A stretch of DNA of 64,000 nt from positions 1,920,001 through 1,984,000 of the forward strand of contig OZ242214.1 in assembly GCA_965206595.1 (NCBI GenBank), written 5' to 3'. The translations under genes and the position numbers were made by a program. Source of the DNA: Candidatus Latescibacterota bacterium (GTDB lineage: Bacteria > Latescibacterota > UBA2968 > UBA8231). The notes under the pieces are model-generated. The model ran no database searches, was not told the DNA's origin, and saw nothing but the letters and a program-made list of their open reading frames with translations. Below are positions 19,466-28,855 of the stretch, piece by piece; position 1 is the first letter of the stretch; the number at the start of each line of letters is the position of its first letter.

Positions 19466-20676
19466 TGAGGTTTACCCCGTCAACTGGACAGGAAGTGGCT
19501 GAAATATGGTGTCTTTGAATCTCGGTCTGTTCTTGGATCGGGGTTGTTCCCCGTACCGAATACCGGTACGGACTGAGGATCGGCCTGCTCCGAGGGGCGT
19601 GGTGCGCCTGGCAGATCCACCCCATGCCGGATCTTGGCTACTGTCTCGTATCCCTTCAGGTAGATGTCCTCGTATTTGAGCGAACGCCACAAGCGCTCGA
19701 TGAAGATAGGCCTTGCCACGAATTAACTGCACCACTGCGGTGGAGGTATCCGGTCTGTAACGCCTCCAATTATGACTCATTTATTTCGTGACAAATCCAT
19801 AGTGTCCCAGCAGCGCCAGCGGCCGTCTATGTTCATGCGCACCCCGGCGGCTCGACCCGCTGCGTAAAACTCGCTGCCGGTGAATTGCGAGCCTTGGTCG
19901 GTGATGATAATCTCGGGCGTCCCTGGGCCAGCGCTTCGTCCAGCGCTCCAGGCAGAAGGCCGCGTCCAAGGTGTTGGCCAAGCGCCAAGAGAGCACGTAG
20001 CGAGGGAACCAGCCATGATCGCCACGCGGCAGGTAGGCGATGTCACTGGCCCATACGATGTCGGGCAGGTCGACCACCCGCCGGCAAGGCAGATAGGGGC
20101 AGATTAGGTGCGAGGCTGTCGGCCCAGGACCTGCATGAGCCGGTGTGCGCGTTTGTGATTGATCGCGTAGCCCTCCTGGCGCAACGCCTGCACGAGGCGA
20201 CGCACGCCTTAGAAAAGGATTGCGGGTGTAGAGGCGATCCAGAGCGGGCATGAGCTCGAGACCGAACGGGTTCGGCGGCCGAGCGCCGACAGTAGTAACT
20301 GGAGCGCGACAGCCCCGGCAAGGCGCACTGGCGCGCCACGCTCACCCACTCAGGGCCGACTTCGATAATCGCCCGGCGCTCAGTCACAGAGAGATTCATG
20401 ATTTTTTTCAACCACTCAAGCTCCACCTTAAGGCGGCCGGTTTGCTGGTAGAGCTCGGGAATCAACGCTGTTTCGTCCTCTTTGCCGGTCTTCGACCGGG
20501 GCGGTGGAAAATCTCGGCCAGATGCTCCACCAACTGCTTCTTCCATCCGCGAATCAAGTTGGGAGGGAGGGATTACTTGCGCGCCAATTCGCTGATCCTG
20601 TACTGCTTGCGGGCGGCCCTCCAAGGCGACTTTGGCCTTGATCTGCGGGGAGTGAGAGGTGCGGTTCCTTGCCACC
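19466..20676 (-). mobile_element. Degenerate IS3-family element, relative of the intact copy at 53844-55213
   Basis: IRR TGAGGTTTACCCCGTCAACTGGACAG; fragmented orfA/orfB with many indels; left IR lost. Confidence 0.9.
19709..19798. mobile_element. 90-bp MITE-like insertion inside the degenerate IS3 orfB
   Basis: Imperfect TIRs GGCCTTGCCACGAATTA / GGATTTGTCACGAAATA, ATA direct repeats on both sides, absent from the intact IS3 copy. Confidence 0.75.
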
Positions 20677-21061
20677 GGACAAATTTCAATAACCACTTCA
20701 ACGCCTCGCCGAGTATTTCTATCCCTCGTAAGGGGCAACAGGGGCTTGGTACTGAGTGGAAGAGTACTGTACTGAAAGGAGAGGAAACATCGATAGGCTC
20801 GGGAAAATAGGCTTCTCTGCATCTTCTTGTCAAACCGGTACTTACGCCAACTCACCCAAGCTCCCAGATATTCGTCGGACTCTCCCAGGAGGTCCACGAT
20901 GGCGCCTTCTCTCCCCCGTATTGGATGCTTCTGGGGTAAGGTTGATGTTGCCTTTGGAAATACTGGCCAGACCCCGGTGGAGAGTAACTGAGGCGAATGA
21001 ACCCTAACGTTGCATAAATCAGCTTGAAGGAGGTGGTTGTGGTCAGGCCGCATCCTTCAGT

Positions 21062-22732
21062 CCTGAATCCGTGAAGCCGAGAGCCTGATTTTTGGTTGCT
21101 TTCCGAGGGGAATCCAGGGTATAGTAGAGCAGGATTTGGACTCACCCTGGAGGTGAAGAATTGAGACCGGTTTCGTTTCACATTACGCAGGGCGAAGAAG
21201 CGCTGACGTCGCATTCGGGCTTGGCCTTGATCGGGGCCTTGATGGGACGCACGCGCCTGGCAGCGCGGGTGGATGAGATCACCTTGGCGGAACGACCCCA
21301 TCCCGAGGTTTCTCACGGCGACGTGATGGCGTCGATGATCGGCTTGCTGGCGCTGGGCAAGCCGGATTACGAGGCCGTGGAAGCGTTTCGTGCGGACCCT
21401 TTTTTCTGCCAGGCGCTGGGCCTGAATGCGGTGCCGTCGGCGGCCACCCTGCGGCAGCGGCTCGATGGCTTGTCCGGACCGGTGGAAGCCGCGATTCGAG
21501 AGGAGTCGGCCGACAGGGTGGCTCGTCACGCGCCGCCGATCACCCCCTGTTACGAAGTCGCCGACGGGCGTTACGGTCCCTGGATCGCGCTCGATATCGA
21601 CGTGTCGGTGTTCGACAACTCCCACACCAAAAAGCAAGGGGTGTCGTGGACCTACAAGAAGGTCGACGGCTTTGCCCCGATCTTCGCCTACTTGGGCCAG
21701 GAAGGGTACCTGATCCACTGCCAGCTGCGGCAGGGCAGCCAGCACTCCCAGGAAGGAGCCCCGGACTTTATTCGAGAGACGCTGCGGCTGGCGCGCCGCA
21801 TCACCAAGGAAAAGCTGCTGGTGCGCATGGACAGCGCCCACGACGACCTTGCCACCGTACGGCAGCTGCGGCGCACGCCCAAGACCGACTTTATCGTCAA
21901 GCGCACCCTGCGCCACGAATCGAAGCAGACGTGGCTGGAGGAGGCCCAGGCCCTGGGCCAGCGCACCTGTCCGCGGCCCGGCAAGGAACTCTTCACCGGG
22001 GCGCTGGTAGCGGACCGACAGGGGATCTTCGAACGGGTCGTTTTCGAGGTCGTGCGGCGCACGATCAGCGCCGAGGGTCAGGCGCTGCTGATCCCCGACA
22101 TCGAGGTGCAGACCTGGTGGACGAACCTGGCAGCGCCGCCCGAGGACGTGGTCCGGCTCTACCGCGAGCACAGCACCTGCGAGCAATTCCACTCCGAGCT
22201 GAAGACGGACAGGGACCTCGAACGCCTGCCGTCGGGCAAGTTCGCCACCAACGCCCTGGTGCTGCTGCTGGCCATGATGGCCTACAACACCCTGCGCCTG
22301 TGCGGCCAGACCAGCCTGCGCGAGGCGCGCCGTCTGCCTGCCGAAAAGCACGTGACTTTTCGTAAAAAGGCCGGCCGTCGGCGGCTCCGCAGTGTCATTC
22401 TGGACCTCATGTATCAGGCCGCTCGCTGGGTCCGGCACGGGCGCCGTTTCGGCCTCAGCTTCGGCTGTTTCAACCCCTGGTTCGATGTCTGGAGACGGAC
22501 CTACCTGAGAGTGTGTGCCTAAAGGCGACGATTTCCCCCGCCCTCGACTCCCCGGAGCACTCAAGGCACGCCTATGCACGCTCTTGCGACTCCTACCGAC
22601 TGGGAGAGCCATCGGGAGCGGAATCCGACGAAATGGCCTGTCGGTGACACCCAAATCCGCTGTTGACAAGTACATGACTCAGATTAAATATCGAATTTGA
22701 TCACTCGCTATAAAAGCGATCACGGATTCAGG
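21062..22732 (+). mobile_element. IS1380-family element (inner, apparently intact)
   Basis: Perfect 13-bp TIR CCTGAATCCGTGA; TCAGT duplication at 21057-21061 and 22733-22737. Confidence 0.93.
21161..22522 (+). CDS. IS1380-family DDE transposase
   Basis: LTSHSGLA, LDIDVS, VRMDSAHD, YREHSTCEQFHSELKTD, LPSGKFATN. Confidence 0.92.
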   Translation: MRPVSFHITQGEEALTSHSGLALIGALMGRTRLAARVDEITLAERPHPEVSHGDVMASMIGLLALGKPDYEAVEAFRADPFFCQALGLNAVPSAATLRQRLDGLSGPVEAAIREESADRVARHAPPITPCYEVADGRYGPWIALDIDVSVFDNSHTKKQGVSWTYKKVDGFAPIFAYLGQEGYLIHCQLRQGSQHSQEGAPDFIRETLRLARRITKEKLLVRMDSAHDDLATVRQLRRTPKTDFIVKRTLRHESKQTWLEEAQALGQRTCPRPGKELFTGALVADRQGIFERVVFEVVRRTISAEGQALLIPDIEVQTWWTNLAAPPEDVVRLYREHSTCEQFHSELKTDRDLERLPSGKFATNALVLLLAMMAYNTLRLCGQTSLREARRLPAEKHVTFRKKAGRRRLRSVILDLMYQAARWVRHGRRFGLSFGCFNPWFDVWRRTYLRVCA

Positions 22733-24093
22733 TCAGTGTATCGAGAAAATGCAACAGATCTTTTTCGATTTTTGGATTCGAGTTCATGGTCAGGGTCAAC
22801 TCGCCCTTGGGCTGAGTGAGACGCCCGGCGCGATGCAGGAAGCGCTGACGCAGGGTGCCCAGGGTCTGGAAGGTCCACGCCGCCGGCCGTTTGCCACGCG
22901 AATAGTTGGATCGCGCTTGCGCCAGCATCTGCATTTCGCGCCCCAGGTTGTGGGCCATCATCGCACCCAAAGTAACCATTCGGTTTCCGAGCAGCCGTCG
23001 GGTGGGGATCAGATCCAGCCCGGCCTGTTGCTTGGCCTCGGCGAAGATCCCTTCCTGAGCGCCGCGGCCATAGTGGAAGAGGAGCACGCTACGTGCCGAG
23101 CTCGGCTTGTTGGTAACCACAACGCGGTACTCGTGATCGAATGCTCGGGGTTCGAACAGATCCAGTTGCAGCGCTTCCTTGGTCTGGCGCTGTACCCTAC
23201 GGCGCGACGAAGAGAAACCGGTACGAGGCCGGCCAGCTTTTGGGTTTCCAGTCCCTCTCGAAATAGGAGCATTGCTCATCGAGATAGCACCAGCGCTGGC
23301 GCGCCTCGATTTTGTCCTTGAGTAGCGCAAAGCGTTCGCAAGGGACACTGATCGTGCATCCGACGCCATACAGGTCCATGAGGGTAAGCGTGTGGTGGCT
23401 GAAGAAGGCGCTGTCCAGTCGGGACTCGAGCACGGGGTGCGCCAGTTCGTCGCCCACGCGATCGAAAACGTTCATCATGAATTCATGAGCGTCCTTGCTG
23501 TCATGGACGTTGCCGGGCCGGTGAAGGACATCGAAGAATTGACCGGTTTGGGCCACCGTGCAAAACAGAGTGTAGTAGCTGCGCGCCCCTTTTTTCTTGG
23601 GATGGTAGCCGACCGCGGTACCTTCGGCATGACCACAAGTGGAGGACACCGAGCCGTCGAAGTCGAGGGTCAGGCGAGGACAGCGTTCGCGCCGGAGCGC
23701 TTGCACCACCAAGGTCGAAGACAGGTGGCGCACTTTTTCGACACTGGAAGGGCCCATTTTCGCCAGCGTGCGACTGACGGTGGCCACATCCGGCAGGCGA
23801 CGTACGCCCAACAAGCGCAGTACCACGGGATCGTCCCGGTAATAATCGACGTCGCGCAGCCGCCGGAAGCCCAGCAGCAGATGCAAGATGAGCCACATTA
23901 CAATGAGATGGGGACCAAAGATCGCTGGGCTTTTGGCGGGGAAGCATGGCTTCAGTCGAGCCTTGAGATCCAGGCGCTGGAAGAGGAGTTGAAAAACAAT
24001 CGTTCCGGCAAAGGAGGTAAGCTGTTGATCCTCGAAGCGAAGACGTGGGAGCTTGTGAAAACGGGCTAAAATGGCTTGTTTGCTACACTTCAC
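22728..24093 (-). pseudogene. IS1380-family transposase, frameshifted and truncated
   Basis: LTSFAG, LDFDGS, HRPGNVHDS, RLDSAFF; frameshift near 23200; last codons (KDAA-stop) lie at about 21043-21057 beyond the inner IS. Confidence 0.88.
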
Positions 24094-24553
24094 TTGCGGT
24101 GTCCTCCTGGAAGGGGTCGATAAATGTCTTGGTCGACATCATCAATACCCCATTTTCAGAGACGCCGCAAGTGAAGTGTGGCAGTTCAGAGATGAAAAAT
24201 GCCCTGTTTTTATGCAACCAGAGGGTGAACCCCCAATCCATCTACACAAAGACCCGGAGCGAAGCCTCGTGTTGGGAAGAGCCGAGCTAATTGTGCTGAC
24301 TGTGCTCAATCTCTTGCTGGTTCATGGGGCCGACCAAGGCTCTGCGAACATCGGCAGATCATACCTGAAGCCCCTTAAGGGACGGGTGTAACGGAGAAAG
24401 ACGTGGTTTCTTCAACAGAAAACTGCTGCAGAAGGAGACCGGAGTTCGGCATGATGAAACCAATCCGGTATCTCTACCTCTTCACCACTTTACCAGTGGT
24501 ACGCGGGGACTGAAAATTTTGGGCCCTTGCACTCGATCCCTATGTGTATGCCC

Positions 24554-25810
24554 TGGAGTTGACCCGATTTCGTGGACACTTCATTTCTTGGAGAAAGGAA
24601 GGAGGATGTCCAACATGGCGAAATCCCATGTCCCGTATCCGCCGGAATTCCGACAACAGATGGTGGAGCTCGTACGGGCCGGTCGTAGCCCGGAGGCGCT
24701 GGCCAAGAAATTCGAACCGTCCGGGCAGACGATCCGCAACTGGGTGATCCAGGCCGAACGCGATGAGGGGGTGCGCCGCGACGGGCCGAGCCGCCCGGAG
24801 CAGGAGGAGCTGCGGCGGCTCCGCCGTGAGAACAAGCAACTGCGTATTGAACGGGGGATCCTGGCAAAAGCCACGGCTTGGTTCGCTCGCGAGGCCGACT
24901 CGGGGTGCGGCCCGTCTACGAGTTCATGAGAGCGCACCAGGCCGACTTTCCGGTGTTCACGATGTGCCGCGTGCTGAAGGTTTCCCCCAGCGGCTACTAC
25001 GCCTGGTTGAAACGTCCGCCGTCGGGTCGCACTCGGGCCGATGCGGTGCTCAAGGCGCGCGTCGAGCAGATCCACCCACGCTGCCGAGGCACTTACGGGG
25101 CGCCGAGGATCCGGGCCGAACTGGCCGAGGAGGGGCGCGGCGTCAGTCGCAAGCGCATCGCCCGATGGAGGCTCGAGCTCGGCGTGCGTGGGGTATGCGG
25201 GCGGCGCCGGATCTCCACGACCCGCCGCAGCCGGCAGGGCCGGGTCGCCTCCGATCTGGTTAACCGGGTGTTTTCGGCCTCGGGCCCGAATCTGCTGTGG
25301 GTTGCCGACATCACCTACCTGCCCACCGCTTCGGGTTTTTTGTATCTGAGTGTGGTGGTCGACGCCTGGAGCCGCCGGGGGGTGGGCTGGGCCATGGCGA
25401 GCCAGCTGCGTACGCAGCTGGTGCTCGACGCCCTGGACATGGCCCTGTACCGGCGTCGTCCCCACTCGGTAATCCACCCCTCCGATCACGGCAGTCAAGT
25501 ATACGGCCCTGGCCTTCGGGCAACGCAGCCGCCAGGCCGGGGTGCGCCCGTCGATGGGATCGGTCGGTGATGGCTACGACAATGCCCTGTGCGAACGCTT
25601 TTTCGCCACGCTGGAAAGGGAGGTGTTGGATCGTCATCGCTTTGCTACCCATGCCGAGCTAGCTGTTTTCGAGTACCTGGAAGGCTGGTACAATCGCCAT
25701 CGACGGCATTCCGCCCTGGGACAACGGTCTCCCGTCAACTACGAGAATTATCACTTATCAAAGGGTGTAGATCCAAACGAAAAACTGTCCGTGAAATCGG
25801 GGTAAGCCCA
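24554..25810 (+). mobile_element. IS3-family element, decayed (orfA about 24606-24929, frameshifted orfB about 24926-25805)
   Basis: TIRs TGGAGTTGACCCGATTTCGTGGACA / TGGGCTTACCCCGATTTCACGGACA; WVADITY, SDHGSQ, YDNALCERFF; imperfect GCCC/GCTC flanks. Confidence 0.9.
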
Positions 25811-26044
25811 GCTCGCCCAACGCTTTTGGACGGTGTTCAACCCCATTTTCTCACACTCTCTGAGCATCCGGGGTTGCGGAAAGCACTGGATGAACAATGA
25901 GGTCCCTCCTTGCTAAAATGAAATAGAGCCGTTATATTCCGTCCTTGTGTCTGTTCGGGATCAGCAAATCCATGGGATTTCGGTCCCAAACAGTTGGGAT
26001 TGGCCGGGAAGAAGGGCGCTTCTCGCAAAAGAGGAAAGAACAGC

Positions 26045-26299
26045 GTGCCGAAGCTGAAATCTTCAAAAAAACGACTCGTCAAGAGCCTTGCGCTGAGAAC
26101 GAGAAATCGAAGCTACGTATCTGCGGTACGAACGGCCGTGAAGACTGTCTACTCGGCAGACGATGCCGAGACGGCGCAACGGGCCCTCGAATCGGCAGTG
26201 TCCATTATTGACAAGACTGCGAGAAAGGGAATCATCCATTCGAACAGGGCAGCGCGCACAAAATCGAGGCTTACGAGGCGAGTGGCTGGGATAGCTTGA
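26045..26299 (+). CDS. rpsT: 30S ribosomal protein S20
   Basis: MPKLKSSKKR...RNRS...IDKTARKGIIHSNRAARTKSRL; GAGGA RBS and GTG start. Confidence 0.95.
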   Translation: MPKLKSSKKRLVKSLALRTRNRSYVSAVRTAVKTVYSADDAETAQRALESAVSIIDKTARKGIIHSNRAARTKSRLTRRVAGIA

Positions 26300-26314
26300 T
26301 CAGGACGCGGTCTT

Positions 26315-26355
26315 GCATCGACCCCGGCGCGTCCTTGACGCTGCGGGGTCGATGC
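26315..26355. terminator. Long hairpin between convergent rpsT and cysK
   Basis: GCATCGACCCC...GGGGTCGATGC. Confidence 0.55.
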
Positions 26356-26433
26356 GATCAGTGAGTAGTAAAGCACGCAGTAGATTCGCTGTTGTATGCA
26401 AATGGAGCTACATCTATTCTTTCCGGGGCCGGA

Positions 26434-27351
26434 TCAATCGTAGACACCAGCGCTCAAGTATCTCAAACCGCTGTCGCAAAGGATGGTCACAACCCGCCTC
26501 CCCTCCCCCATTTCTCGGGCTACTTCGACAGCCTTGACAACGTTGGCTCCGGCTGACACACCCACCAGCAAACCTTCCTCCCGGGCCAAGCGGCGCGACA
26601 TGGCATACGCGTCATCGTCACTCACTGGTCGGATTTCGTCCAGGATGTCGATGTCGAGGATTTCGGGGACAAACCCGGCACCGATTCCCTCGATATAGCT
26701 AAGACCGGGGTCCCCACCGGACAGCACGGGGGATCCTTCCGGCTCAACTGCGATTACCCGCATTTTGGGCAACTTTCGCTTGAGGACTCCGCCGACCCCC
26801 GTAACCGAGCCGCCGGTACCGACGCCAGCCACAAGCGCATCCACCTGTCCGTTCAACTGTTGCAGAATCTCGGCACCCGTAGTGCGTCTGTGTATCTCGG
26901 GATTTGCTAGGTTCGCGAACTGCTGCGGGAGGAAATACTCAGGGTTCTCAGCCTTCAACTCGATTGCCCGTTCTATGGCACCTCGCATACCCTCGGACGC
27001 AGGTGTGAGGAGGACCTCTGCTCCATACGCCTGCATCTGCAGCCGTCGCTCGCGGCTGGCAGTGTCGAACATGGTAACGATCAGCCTGTAGCCCTTGACC
27101 GCGGCGACCATCGCCAACCCGATACCAGTGTTGCCACTCGTCGGTTCGACGATTGTTCCGCTAGGTTGCAGATCTCCCGCTTCCTCAGCGGCCTCCACCA
27201 TCGCCAGGGCTATGCGGTCCTTAACACTCCCTCCTGGATTGGCTGACTCGAGTTTTCCCCAAACTTCGGCACCTCCCTCCACCACCACCCGGTTTAGGCG
27301 CACAATTGGGGTAGCCCCGATCAACCCGAGGACATTTTCAACCGTTCTCAT
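26434..27351 (-). CDS. cysK: Cysteine synthase A
   Basis: KLESANPGGSVKDR, EPTSGNTG, QQFANLANP, GVGTGGSVTG, IEGIGAGFVP. Confidence 0.92.
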   Translation of the reverse strand: MRTVENVLGLIGATPIVRLNRVVVEGGAEVWGKLESANPGGSVKDRIALAMVEAAEEAGDLQPSGTIVEPTSGNTGIGLAMVAAVKGYRLIVTMFDTASRERRLQMQAYGAEVLLTPASEGMRGAIERAIELKAENPEYFLPQQFANLANPEIHRRTTGAEILQQLNGQVDALVAGVGTGGSVTGVGGVLKRKLPKMRVIAVEPEGSPVLSGGDPGLSYIEGIGAGFVPEILDIDILDEIRPVSDDDAYAMSRRLAREEGLLVGVSAGANVVKAVEVAREMGEGRRVVTILCDSGLRYLSAGVYD

Positions 27352-27723
27352 GAGCCGCGGTTCAAGTCCCAAATTGTTGAAAATCCCGCAGGGGTCCACT
27401 CGGGAAAGTTCGCAATGGGGGCAGGATACCATGTAGGACAGGTGGCTGCACGCAGCCTCCATTTTGAGGGATCTCTGCGGGCCAACCTACTGACAGGAAC
27501 CAATTCGACGCCCGTACTTATTCGAGGGCCTAGTGTTCTGTCCCAGGAATATATTAAAAAGGTGTGAATTTCTCATTAGGTTACCCTAAAGCGATACCGC
27601 AAGGAGGAACCTATGGCATGGGATCGGGCGTCCTGATCTCATCGTGTCTCTCCTTCGGAAAAGGTCCTTGGAGAAAAATACCCACGAAGCGGATATTATG
27701 CTAGTTATTCCTGCGACGAGGCA

Positions 27724-28008
27724 CTAGGTGTCGCATCCCCCCGCTATGGAAGGCACGATGGAAACCTTGTCGCCGTCCTTGAGTTCCGTCTCTTTGCCTT
27801 CCAGGAAGCGAATATCCTCGTCATTGACAAAGATGTTCACGTAACGGCGAAGCTCTCCCGACTCGTCAAGCAATTTCTCTTTGATGCCAGAGTGGGCGTT
27901 TTCAAGGCCCTCGATCAGGTCATCAACTGATGCCGCATCGATCTCTACTTCCGCCTGATTGTCAGTCAGCTTTCGGAGTGGGGTCGGTACGTTTACGCTC
28001 ACTGTCAT
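27724..28008 (-). CDS. MoaD/ThiS-family ubiquitin-like sulfur carrier (CysO-like)
   Basis: VPTPLR...RRYVNIFVNDEDIRFL..PSIAGG plus a CDT extension. Confidence 0.92.
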   Translation of the reverse strand: MTVSVNVPTPLRKLTDNQAEVEIDAASVDDLIEGLENAHSGIKEKLLDESGELRRYVNIFVNDEDIRFLEGKETELKDGDKVSIVPSIAGGCDT

Positions 28009-28363
28009 AGCTACCCTCCATTCTTGCTGTGTGCGGTCTACCTGCGGTCTAATTTCAATTCAAAGGGGGAGGATTGTTGGCATCGATTCCGATCCCGGGC
28101 GAGATGAATTTGCCACTGTTCAATCGAACTTCAGGAATAAACGCGATAGTATAAGCTCGGATTCCGGAAGCGGCCACCCAACGCCGATGCGAAGAGTCCC
28201 ATGGGCGACCTTCGCTGCGTAGGCCGATAGCAATCGGACGATACCGCAAGGAGTTGCGGCCGCCGCTTCCGCAAAAACAGCCAGCGACGGAAATTACGCT
28301 GTTTCCCCAGTCGGAAAACAGAAATGCTGGTTCAGGCAAAAAGTTGGTTTCCGCAGAGCCCGT

Positions 28364-28840
28364 TCACGCCGAGCCGACTTCCACCTCTGCCTCTATGAAA
28401 TCCCGCCTTCCTTCGTCCCAAGCAAACGCCCTGTGGCCGCGGACGCCGTCGCCGAAAACCGAGACGACGAGATACACAGCATGGGGGTATCCCGGTTCGT
28501 CCCAAACCATGGCGCGTTCCTTGTCTTCATCGGAGAAATAGGCATCGCAGCCGACGTGAGAGTGATAGAACCCCGATATCCAGCCCCCTTCGCGCTCCGC
28601 TGCGGAAATGATCCGAAACTGTTCCTGAGAGTCTATGAAGTAGGCGATGCGGGCGTCGCGAGGGTACCGTTGAGGGTCTTCCTGGTGCAGCCGATTCTGG
28701 ACGTTCACGCACGAGTGCACTCTCGATAGCGGACTCATTCTTCCTACTGTGAGGATCCCGCAGCACTCGGCCGGGTGCTGCGCTTCTGCATGTCGAACAA
28801 TCTGCCTCATACCTTGTTCGCTCAATCTGAGAACCTGCAC
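28364..28840 (-). CDS. JAMM/MPN+ (M67) metallopeptidase, Mec-like
   Basis: PAECCGIL and the JAMM motif YHSH-x7-SDED. Confidence 0.9.
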   Translation of the reverse strand: MQVLRLSEQGMRQIVRHAEAQHPAECCGILTVGRMSPLSRVHSCVNVQNRLHQEDPQRYPRDARIAYFIDSQEQFRIISAAEREGGWISGFYHSHVGCDAYFSDEDKERAMVWDEPGYPHAVYLVVSVFGDGVRGHRAFAWDEGRRDFIEAEVEVGSA

Positions 28841-28855
28841 TCTTACCGCACCTCC

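Larger units (their letters stand above)
21002..24225 (-). mobile_element. IS1380-family element (outer), interrupted by a second IS1380
   Basis: TIRs CCCTAACGTTGCATAAA / CCCTCTGGTTGCATAAA; TGAA duplication at 20998-21001 and 24226-24229. Confidence 0.88.

Noticed and set aside
20043-22675. Long ORFs 20043-21053 and 20852-22675 on the minus strand
   Set aside because: Chimeric read-through across IS boundaries and antisense shadow of the transposase
22663-22691. Outward promoter in the inner IS1380
   Set aside because: TTGACA is present but there is no good -10 at 16-18 bp
27601-27636. Plus-strand leader peptide MAWDRAS after AAGGAGG
   Set aside because: Antisense to the cluster, 7 codons and no Cys/Met enrichment; the RBS-like string is part of the 15-mer repeat
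27352-28363. SAM riboswitch or T-box in the cys leaders
   Set aside because: No SAM-I core (ATC..GAG..GAGGGA..GGCCC..GCAACC) or T-box AGGTGGTACC sequence found
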